A stretch of DNA of 64,000 nt from the IMG/VR virus record IMGVR_UViG_3300009510_000002. One strand, 5' to 3'. The translations under genes and the position numbers were made by a program. The notes under the pieces were generated by a model. The model made no database searches. It saw only the letters and a program-made list of their open reading frames with translations, and had not been told where the DNA came from. Numbering within the stretch: position 1 is the first letter of the stretch; the number at the start of each line of letters is the position of its first letter. Below are positions 43,805 to 51,686 of the stretch, piece by piece. This DNA comes from a virus.

Positions 43805-44654
43805 GTGGCGATAGGCTTTAGATGTCTGGGTAGTCGCAAGCTTGTAATGCCCAAACTTTTTGGTGTGCATCCCTAGCGGTGGCGATAGGCTTTAGATGTC
43901 TGGGTAGTCGCAAGTTTACAATAGGCAGATTCTTGATCAGCTAACGCTTAACGTGGCGATAGGCTTTAGATGTCTGGGTAGTCGCAAGCTCAACCAGCTA
44001 ATTCCTAGCTATACTGGACAATCAGTGGCGATAGAACTTAGATGTCTGGGTAGTCGCAAGTGCCTATGATCCTCTGTTCCTTAGAGTGTTGGTGTGCTCT
44101 GTGGCGATAAGCCCTAGATATCTGGGTAGTTGCAAGAATACGAGTTATTGCCGCATCTTTATCTAGGTCAACTGTAGCGATAGGCTCTAGATGTCTGGGT
44201 AGTCGCAAGAATCACGGTTGGCACGAGAGCGTTTTTCGCTCAATTTCGTGGCGATAGGCCCTAGATGTCTGGGTAGTCGCAAGCTGATCCATTCTTTCGT
44301 CACTTTCCACCCCCAATCCAGGTGGCGATAGGCCCTAGATGTCTGGGTAGTCGCAAGGTTGACATAAGTTACTGAATTTAAGTCTCGATTTAATTAGTGG
44401 CGATAGGCTCTAGATGTCTGGATAGTCGCAAGTGGAGTTATTGGATTTGGATAAACACCACGAAAAAGTGGTGATAGGCTTTAGATGTCTGGGTAGTCGC
44501 AAGTAAAATTTGAGTGTTTACTTAAATCAGGGGGTTAAAAGTGGCGATCGCACCTAGTAGATGTTAGACAGTCGCAAGACACAGAATACAGGTTTAAACT
44601 TGTTAATGACAGCATTAAAGTCGCGATCGCACTTAAATATTTAGGCAGTTGCAA
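43805..44654 (+). CRISPR. CRISPR array: 10 conserved plus 2 degenerate 36-nt repeats, 35-41 nt spacers
   Basis: Consensus GTGGCGATAGGCTTTAGATGTCTGGGTAGTCGCAAG. Repeat starts at 43805, 43879, 43953, 44025, 44101, 44174, 44248, 44322, 44397, 44468, with degenerate copies at 44541 and 44620. Strand is inferred from the degeneration gradient. Confidence 0.9.
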
Positions 44655-44690
44655 TTCTGACTAATTATTAAAAAAGGTTAAGATCCGGGA

Positions 44691-45331
44691 GTGGCGATCG
44701 CAAGTGATAGTTCTGAATGATCGCAAGTTATCTTCCTGGTTGCCACAATTTTGGGGATGCCTGGCGAAAATCGCAAGTATCCAGGTCAGGACAAGACAGG
44801 GAATAGGGATTGCAAGGGTAAGGAATTTTAGGTCTGAGCGATCGCAGGTCCGAGTATGTCGCAAGTTGAATCGTGAGCCATCGACTGTTAAAGGTCTAGC
44901 GCAGGTTTAGACAATTCCCCAAAAAGTTGTTTTCTCCTGAAAACCTTACCCCACAAAGGTTTTGGTTGCACAAGTATTTGTACTTTGATTACGAAACACA
45001 TAAATTGGGCGTAGGTCGCAAGTCAGCAGGAATTTTATCACTTAGGTTCTCACAGGCAGTTTTAGGATTGGTGGCGATCGCTAAGTATTACAGTTTTCTA
45101 GTCAAGTAGGAAAGAAAGATCGCAAGCTGTGAACAATTACTTTAAATAGGTTTAGATCGCCAAGGATGAATAAAAAGATGAGATCGCAAGTCATGGGATT
45201 GGCAAGTCGCAAGACAAATTTCTCTCCCTATTCAGATCGCAAGCTGATCCAAAATGTCAGATAGACTATTTGCTTAATGTAGTGCGATCGCAAGAACGAA
45301 GGGAACATTCCGAGTTTTGATAGATCGCAAG
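44691..45331 (+). repeat. trail of 11 exact (plus ~7 near) copies of TCGCAAG, the 3' end of the CRISPR repeat, at irregular 17-69 nt spacing
   Basis: Exact copies end at 44704, 44727, 44777, 44865, 45022, 45126, 45190, 45213, 45243, 45294, 45331, all on the + strand. 44691-44704 GTGGCGATCGCAAG is a collapsed repeat. Confidence 0.8.
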
Positions 45332-45340
45332 CTGAAAAAC

Positions 45341-45994
45341 TTATTTACTGCTTCGTAAAGAAGATAGCCCAAAAGCTTTGAGAATTTGATTTTCTACCTG
45401 AACCTCAACAAATGAGGGAATAGAGCCTTTGGGTGCGAGACTTGGTACGTGATTATTGATCACAGTTCCAGCTTTCCAACATTTATCAAGAACTGACCAA
45501 ACTTCTACAGTATCGCCCAATGAGGGGTATTCTGCTAAAAATTTTTCTTGTTCAACTACTGCCGATTTTTTAACTTCTTGTGGTGCTATCAGAGTAACTT
45601 CACCTCCGTAGCATCCAGGTGAAAGCTTTTCCAAGAACTCTGCTACATCGTGACGGTGGCAGGGTTCATTTGGTTTTTCGTAGCATAAAAGCGTTACGGG
45701 TTTTCCTGCTGACAAGGTAGAATTGAGCCAATTAGTAATTTGCTCAGAATTCTTCCTCAGAATATTCAAAAAAGCTGGTTGGTAACTAACGGTATACAGA
45801 TTTTTTAAATAAGTCGAATAGTTTTCAACCTCAGCAGTTTTTGCTTTTTTCTCTATGAGTTTCCACTTTTTTAGTAGCTCCTCAGACGGGGCAAGCATAT
45901 TTAAGTGTGTCCCAGTGAAATTTTTTGGGGGACGACGGGAGATAGAAATACCTTCCCCGATAATTGGTCCGGAGTAGTAACTGGTGTGAATCAT
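45341..45994 (-). CDS. hypothetical protein
   Basis: 217-aa ORF, last gene of the replication-module string. The N-terminus faintly resembles DUF488-type proteins (not verified). Confidence 0.55.
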   Translation of the reverse strand: MIHTSYYSGPIIGEGISISRRPPKNFTGTHLNMLAPSEELLKKWKLIEKKAKTAEVENYSTYLKNLYTVSYQPAFLNILRKNSEQITNWLNSTLSAGKPVTLLCYEKPNEPCHRHDVAEFLEKLSPGCYGGEVTLIAPQEVKKSAVVEQEKFLAEYPSLGDTVEVWSVLDKCWKAGTVINNHVPSLAPKGSIPSFVEVQVENQILKAFGLSSLRSSK

Positions 45995-46809
45995 GCCAAC
46001 AGCCCCAGTAGTGGATAGTTTTCTTTGCAGTTTGGACTAAGCCATAAACACTCAACACCAGTACGAGAGCCATTAGTTTTAGCGTCCCACTTAATACACC
46101 GCCAGTCAGACAGCGATCGCTCATAAACTTCAGACCCGTACCCAGAAAGAATAACCATTGCATCTACTGATTGAAGTGTGGAGAGTAATTCTTGATGCTG
46201 GTGAATACTCATCTCATGGTCATAAATATTTTTGCTGACCCGCGAATCTGCGATGTAGGGAGGGTCACAGTAAAGCAGAAGGTCTGGATTTTCCCCTACA
46301 CGGCGAATTAGCTTTAGGGCATCCCCACATTCAATCTGAACCAGCTTTAGGCGATCGCGCACCTGCTCCAAATGGTTGGTTCTATTCCAAGTCTCAACGA
46401 CGTTTCGGCTATTGGATTGATGAATGAGTGACCATCCCCCGTTTTTAGTAACCGATGTTCCGCCGCCGTGGGTCTGCCAGCTGCGAATATAGAAATTAAC
46501 GGCACGTTGCAAGGGTTCGGTAGTTGGTTCAAAAGCTTTCTTCCAGACGGTTCGGGAGTAGGGAGTATTCTCTATCTGCCAGAGAAACTCCTGATAGCGA
46601 TCGCGGAAAACCTGGAAGAAATTAACCACGTCGTCGCTGAGGTCGTTGATAATTTCAACTGGGACTGGAGGTTTCTGGAGGAGTACTGATGCTCCGCCAC
46701 AGAAGGGTTCACAGTACGCAGAATGGGGAGGGAAGTGGGAGATAATCTTGGCAGCATCTCGGTACTTCCCCCCAAAGTATCTGAGCAATGGGGGTAAATC
46801 GGCGATCAT
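45991..46809 (-). CDS. dam: Dam-family DNA adenine methyltransferase
   Basis: LRYFGGKYRDAAKIISHFPPHSAYCEPFCGGASV and the catalytic motif LYCDPPY. Confidence 0.85.
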   Translation of the reverse strand: MIADLPPLLRYFGGKYRDAAKIISHFPPHSAYCEPFCGGASVLLQKPPVPVEIINDLSDDVVNFFQVFRDRYQEFLWQIENTPYSRTVWKKAFEPTTEPLQRAVNFYIRSWQTHGGGTSVTKNGGWSLIHQSNSRNVVETWNRTNHLEQVRDRLKLVQIECGDALKLIRRVGENPDLLLYCDPPYIADSRVSKNIYDHEMSIHQHQELLSTLQSVDAMVILSGYGSEVYERSLSDWRCIKWDAKTNGSRTGVECLWLSPNCKENYPLLGLLA

Positions 46810-48134
46810 TGATGCCTTGGTAGAATATCTCTAAAGGTGGTAAATTGTCTGTCAAACAGCATTTTTACTGTTCCGGTAGGACCATTACGGTGTTTGGCCA
46901 CGTTTATCTCAACTATTCCCTGTTCCTCTGACTGAGGGTTGTAGTAGTCGTCACGGTATAATATCATGACCATGTCTGCGTGTTGCTCGATAGCACCAGA
47001 CCCCTTTAAGTCGGATAAAAGTGGGCGCTTATCATTTCTGGATTCACACCCCCGATTGATTTGACAAAGCAGGATAACCGGTACTTTTAGCTCACCACTT
47101 AGCTGCCGGAAAGCCAAAGTAATCGCATCTAACTCTGATACTTCATTTGAAACTTGATTAGATTTACTCATTAACTGTAGATAGTCAACAACTACAGCCC
47201 CCAAAACACCATTGTTTCGTTTCTTGGCCCATCGGCATTGGGCAAGTATAGAGGACGGGGTAATATTCCGGCTATCGTTTACGTAAATCGATAATCCAGA
47301 AATTTTATTAGTAGCCTCAACTACCTTATCCCACTGAAAATCTTTTATATCCCTCATCTTGAATATGTTTGTGGGTAGTTGAGATTTTGAGCAAATCATT
47401 CTTTCTACTAATTGCTGACTGCTCATTTCTAGGCTGAATACAACTACTGGGGCAACTCTGGAAATATTCTCGGCTATCTCTAGCCCCAGGGCAGTTTTAC
47501 CCATTGATGGCCGTCCAGCAATAATTGTCAAAGTTGATTCACTAAGCCCCCCAGTTAGTCCATCTAGTGCAAGATACCCAGTTTTGACACTGGGGGATAT
47601 ATCACCACTTTGGACTCCTTCTAATTTTGTAAATCCCGCGATCGCTATTTCACTAATTGGTTTTAACTCAGAGGTAATGCTTTCTTGGAAACCATCAATT
47701 ATCCTTGAACCGTAAGCCAGTATTTCTTCATTGGTGTTTGCAGGGGTTTCTGCAAAATCCAAGAGTTCCCTAAATTGGGTAATTATTTGACGACGTATCC
47801 ATTTTTGGATCAACAAATCGGACAGCTGGTCGATGTTAACATCTGAAACTGTCCGATCTAGTAGGTCTGCTAATTTCGACCTACCCCCAACGTTGTGTAA
47901 TTCTTGGATTTCCTCTAGCTTATTTGCTACAAACATGGCATCCGTCGGTTTCCCTTCTAGACGCAGAGTAAGTATAGCTCTATAGATTTTTTGGTGAGTT
48001 ACCAAGTAAAAAGCTTCTTCCCTCAAGGTTTCAATCACCCTTTCTATGGCACCTGGGGATAACATCAAACCACCCAGAACCGCCTCTTCTGCCTCAATGC
48101 TGTTTGGTGGGACTTTCAAAAATTGAGATTCCAT
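46806..48134 (-). CDS. dnaB: replicative DNA helicase DnaB
   Basis: N-terminal PPNSIEAEEAVLGG, Walker A AGRPSMGKTA, DYLQLM, typical length of 442 aa. Confidence 0.9.
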   Translation of the reverse strand: MESQFLKVPPNSIEAEEAVLGGLMLSPGAIERVIETLREEAFYLVTHQKIYRAILTLRLEGKPTDAMFVANKLEEIQELHNVGGRSKLADLLDRTVSDVNIDQLSDLLIQKWIRRQIITQFRELLDFAETPANTNEEILAYGSRIIDGFQESITSELKPISEIAIAGFTKLEGVQSGDISPSVKTGYLALDGLTGGLSESTLTIIAGRPSMGKTALGLEIAENISRVAPVVVFSLEMSSQQLVERMICSKSQLPTNIFKMRDIKDFQWDKVVEATNKISGLSIYVNDSRNITPSSILAQCRWAKKRNNGVLGAVVVDYLQLMSKSNQVSNEVSELDAITLAFRQLSGELKVPVILLCQINRGCESRNDKRPLLSDLKGSGAIEQHADMVMILYRDDYYNPQSEEQGIVEINVAKHRNGPTGTVKMLFDRQFTTFRDILPRHQ

Positions 48135-48183
48135 AAAATTGCTCGGTTTTTTGTATTTAGTACAACAGGATACTACCTAAGCT

Positions 48184-50118
48184 CTAAGCTGTTTCTTGCA
48201 TTAAGTGGCCATATCGTTGGAAAACTTTTGGCGATCGCGACATTTTTACTCTGAAAAGACGACCGAATCCAGACTTACAAATATGCTCACCCCAGCGATC
48301 GACCTGAGCCTGATCACGGAAGAGTCGCCCAATATTAGACTGGGTAAGAAATTCTTCAAACCCGTGGATTTCAATTTGGTCCATCACATTTTCATGATGA
48401 ATTGAATCAAATTCCACAAAAAAGTCTACTTCGGGTTCCGCTTCTTTTTGGCGGAGTTTGCGAAGATAAGCTAAGTAGTCCTTGTAATATTCTTTCGCCC
48501 TGACGTAATTGCCGGAAATCTCACTCATGCAATTAACGCGCGTCGGTTGGTAATTGCTCTTACCGTTGATATTCGTGAGTTTACATTCCTCCTCACGTAC
48601 CTTAATATACCATCCGAGAAAATTCCTGTCAACATTATCACCATTCATCCACGGGTCAGCGGACGAACTGCGATGAACACCCTTGATCGGGTTAAGGTGG
48701 CGTTTCAAAAGTGAACCGCAGTATTCGTCTAGCTCATCATCGGTTTTGTTAATCCATTCATCCGTATGATCAGCAACATTTGGTCTATGTAATATTGGCT
48801 TGGGGATATTAGTTCGATTGTTCGGCTTTGTCGAACGAGGCGCGGAACCTTCTTTTTTAAATCCGTTGGGAAATGAGTGATCTGTGTGCTGCTTAATTTC
48901 TTCACATGGCGAAGATGTTGTTTCTGGTTCTTCTTCAGTTGTGCTGCTAACGGTAGGTTCTTCTGAAATTAACGTCAGGTTAATAGCTGGTAGATCTTGG
49001 ATTACCTCAAATCCAGGGATAAGGGGTAAATCTGGAAATTCCTCTTTGGCCATTTCTTCTTTCTCCTCCGATTTTGGAACAAAATCCTCCTCACTTGTCT
49101 TTGGGTGGGGGGTGGGATTTGTATTTGTAGTAGTTAATGAAGTAATAATTGAATTCCTTATATATAGGGTGTCTTCACTTCCTTCATTCACTTGGGGTGA
49201 ACAGTCTTGGCTACATACGTCTGTAGATGGGCCCAAAAAAACAGCCCCTGAATCCTGTAAACTAAGATCCTTTATCTCTGTCTTGTCAGGTACGAGAGAT
49301 AAGTGAGCTTTATCGGATCTAGAAAGCCCTCTCGATTTTTTTGATGATTGTTTGGATTTAAACTTCCCAGTAAGTATTGCAATTTTGCTGTGGTTCCTAA
49401 AATACCACGTCGTTCCCTCTAAGTGGTCGTGATAGCTGCAAAAGTATTTTTCTTCGCCATCCTCACTTAAAAATGGGTTTGGTGATGCAATAAACTGGGT
49501 GTAAGATTTATGCTTAACACCAATTTTGTCAAAAGCTGTTCTGAACTGAAATTCGCTAAAACCTAGTTCCTCGGTCCAACTGTCACCTAACCTGTAATGT
49601 CGGTTGTCGTTGGGGGATAAAAATTTGTAGAAACCTTCGCCTTTGGTTATGTCAAACCAGTATTCCAATCTGGTAAAGACAATAGCGGCGTTAATATCTT
49701 TTACAAGGTCAAGAATTGGGCGACTGTAGCCAATAAAGTCCATACGTTTTATACTGAGAAAGTTAGAAAAATTAGAAGAGTGCGATCTATCTAGATGTGT
49801 TTGGTGTGAACTTGAGTTTATATGCGACTGTTCACACGATTGGGCATCTATTTTTGTTGTTGGTGTATTTATGGTGGGCGACGAAAACATACTATCCCTG
49901 TCTCCGCCCCCATTCTTTTTTGCACCTCTGGGGCTAATACCTTTTTCCCTTACGGTAAGGAGATCTTGAGGCTTGTAATTTATAAAAATCTCAGAATTCT
50001 TGTTGACAGTATCGCTAGAAAATGATATATTCAGCATTGATTCTTTGTTTAACATTTCTTGCTCCTTCTTCTGCTGAGTTAGAGGTGTTGTAGATAAAGA
50101 TCCTTCTTTAGCTAGCAT
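48184..50118 (-). CDS. hypothetical protein, candidate replication initiator/organizer by position
   Basis: 644-aa ORF directly upstream of dnaB with a repeat-bearing AT-rich region upstream. Possible winged-helix segment (INAAIVFTRLEYWF...ELGFSEFQFRTAFDKIG). Confidence 0.55.
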   Translation of the reverse strand: MLAKEGSLSTTPLTQQKKEQEMLNKESMLNISFSSDTVNKNSEIFINYKPQDLLTVREKGISPRGAKKNGGGDRDSMFSSPTINTPTTKIDAQSCEQSHINSSSHQTHLDRSHSSNFSNFLSIKRMDFIGYSRPILDLVKDINAAIVFTRLEYWFDITKGEGFYKFLSPNDNRHYRLGDSWTEELGFSEFQFRTAFDKIGVKHKSYTQFIASPNPFLSEDGEEKYFCSYHDHLEGTTWYFRNHSKIAILTGKFKSKQSSKKSRGLSRSDKAHLSLVPDKTEIKDLSLQDSGAVFLGPSTDVCSQDCSPQVNEGSEDTLYIRNSIITSLTTTNTNPTPHPKTSEEDFVPKSEEKEEMAKEEFPDLPLIPGFEVIQDLPAINLTLISEEPTVSSTTEEEPETTSSPCEEIKQHTDHSFPNGFKKEGSAPRSTKPNNRTNIPKPILHRPNVADHTDEWINKTDDELDEYCGSLLKRHLNPIKGVHRSSSADPWMNGDNVDRNFLGWYIKVREEECKLTNINGKSNYQPTRVNCMSEISGNYVRAKEYYKDYLAYLRKLRQKEAEPEVDFFVEFDSIHHENVMDQIEIHGFEEFLTQSNIGRLFRDQAQVDRWGEHICKSGFGRLFRVKMSRSPKVFQRYGHLMQETA

Positions 50119-50154
50119 TTCTTGCTCCTTCTTCTGCTGAGTTAGAGGTGTTGT
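50053..50154 (-). repeat. tandem duplication (two perfect 39-nt copies, 63-nt period) duplicating the RBS and ATG of gene 48184..50118
   Basis: Copies at 50053-50091 and 50116-50154. The minus strand reads ACAACACCTCTAACTCAGCAGAAGAAGGAGCAAGAAATG. Confidence 0.85.
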
Positions 50155-50185
50155 GCTTAAATTGGTGAATTGATTTCAAAAAACA

Positions 50186-50236
50186 GTTCATCGTTTTACC
50201 TCACTTGACCGACTGTTACTTGACCGTTCATCGTTT
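50186..50236. promoter_or_regulatory. nested direct repeats GTTCATCGTTTT (x2) and ACTTGACCG (x2), iteron/operator-like
   Basis: Repeats at 50186-97 and 50225-36, and at 50203-11 and 50217-25. Lies in the divergent intergenic region next to the replication module. Confidence 0.4.
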
Positions 50237-50502
50237 TTCTTTGTTAATTGCCCTCTCCCCCGGTATCCCATACGCTCCCCGTGCCAATGAGGTAGTATGT
50301 GTGGTACATTAAGAGGAATTAAAACACCGATAAAATTTGAGTAAAATATTTTGCTTCTTGTCTCCTTCCCCCCCTGGGTAGGGGATATTTTTTTTGTTCC
50401 TTAGAGAACATACCATTTTACACTCCGTTTGACAATAAAATAAAAAAATCACAATTTTCAAAAAAGAACGAACAAATATGATATAAAAAATCTTATCAGA
50501 GT

Positions 50503-51372
50503 TTGGTCAAAAAAGTGCTGGCCGATAAAATTTCCACACAACCGACATCAGTTTCAAAAACGTCACCCGTAGACTGCTTTGTGGCAACCGTGCCTGAGCC
50601 AAAGTCTAAACTGCCATACGCCTCACAGATCGAGGCGTTCAGAAATGATATTCGAGTTCTATCCGATTCCCTTTCCCCCAATGGGGTAGCTTGGCTTTGG
50701 TGCAAGGATTTTATATGGAAGCCCATACCTAACTGGGATCTACCAGGTATAGGAGTTTCCTATCGAGATATAGCAAAAGATTACGTAGCTCGCCTATTGG
50801 GGGCAGAACCCCCTACTAATCCGCAGGATGAACCAAATAGGGAAGATTTTTGGTTTAAAGATGCAAGTCAAGGTAAATATATCTCTGTCCATGTAAAGTG
50901 GGTTCCCAATGGGAAAGATGCTTGCTTAGAAGTTGATTTAGGGAAGCTAGCCTCTGATGTTTATGTGCTTGTTCAAGGTGAAGAGATGAACATCTTAGGG
51001 TGGGCTGGTATCAATTATCTAAAATGTGTTGGCCCTACAAATCGTGGGGATGGATCTGGTGCTAAATATTATTTGCATCACACACGGCTTTTACCCTTTG
51101 ATGCTATAGAAGCACATTCACAATATCTTCGTTGGGGAGAATGGGCCCATTTCCCATCCCGGATAGTTAACCTGCTGCGGTGTGCTGGTTTTTTTATCCA
51201 AGAATTTAGGAAGGAAGATGATCGCCACATCCTGCTCGCCTCAAAAAGCAGAAGGACGACACCCGATCGCACTCCCCGGACATATCAAGACTGCATCGAA
51301 TTGGTCTGCGATCCATTTGACTCCCCAGTGGTTAGAACCCACTGGGGATTTTTGCGGGAAAAACGGAACTAA
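50503..51372 (+). CDS. hypothetical protein
   Basis: 289-aa ORF with TTG start in the track. True start uncertain. Confidence 0.55.
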   Translation: MVKKVLADKISTQPTSVSKTSPVDCFVATVPEPKSKLPYASQIEAFRNDIRVLSDSLSPNGVAWLWCKDFIWKPIPNWDLPGIGVSYRDIAKDYVARLLGAEPPTNPQDEPNREDFWFKDASQGKYISVHVKWVPNGKDACLEVDLGKLASDVYVLVQGEEMNILGWAGINYLKCVGPTNRGDGSGAKYYLHHTRLLPFDAIEAHSQYLRWGEWAHFPSRIVNLLRCAGFFIQEFRKEDDRHILLASKSRRTTPDRTPRTYQDCIELVCDPFDSPVVRTHWGFLREKRN

Positions 51373-51392
51373 CACAATTTAAAGGAAGCAAA

Positions 51393-51683
51393 ATGGTACG
51401 TATCTTTAGAAACATCCTTGCTGTCAGCTATTTCCTCGATAGAGGAACAATAATCAGAAATGTAAAGTGTCAGGGTAATGTCCTAACTGGACAGTTCTGG
51501 GATAAAGATAACCCCGACCAGGTTTCTAGTGTGGAAATCGTTCTAGATATCCCCAACCTTAAATACTCCCTATTCGTATCCAACCCATCTGGGGCTGGTT
51601 CTGCCTCTAGAGGTATGAACCTAGCCTACGCCAAAGGGTGGGAATCTCTGCTGTCAACTGCAAAATTACCTATAGCCGCTTAA
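51393..51683 (+). CDS. hypothetical protein
   Basis: 96-aa ORF with SD AAAGGAAG upstream. Confidence 0.5.
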   Translation: MVRIFRNILAVSYFLDRGTIIRNVKCQGNVLTGQFWDKDNPDQVSSVEIVLDIPNLKYSLFVSNPSGAGSASRGMNLAYAKGWESLLSTAKLPIAA

Positions 51684-51686
51684 CTT

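Noticed and set aside
43491-43854. Track ORFs 43491..43721 (-) and 43627..43854 (-) between the effector gene and the array
   Set aside because: They overlap each other and the first CRISPR repeat. They are Arg/Ser/Pro-rich as expected from translating GC-rich structured RNA, and they have no RBS. The region is treated as non-coding (tracr/leader candidate).
44504-44540. Possible self-target: the reverse complement of spacer 10 shares AAGTAAACACTC with 57950-57961
   Set aside because: The match is only 12 contiguous nt, and a neighbouring similarity needs a 2-nt indel. With about 11 spacers scanned against 128 kb of two-strand AT-rich sequence, a couple of 12-mers are expected by chance.
41456-44654. 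Cas12k/CAST (type V-K transposon) interpretation
   Set aside because: I recognised no TnsB, TnsC or TniQ-like genes or transposon ends in the window. The protein also does not resemble the ShCas12k sequence as I remember it, apart from the general TnpB fold and a defective RuvC-I. The resemblance of the repeat end GTCGCAAG to Cas12k GTTGAAAG is too short to count.
44661-45109. Track ORFs 44661..44864 (-), 44704..44910 (+) and 44927..45109 (+)
   Set aside because: They lie inside the TCGCAAG motif trail, overlap one another and have odd composition. They are most likely chance ORFs in repeat-derived sequence.
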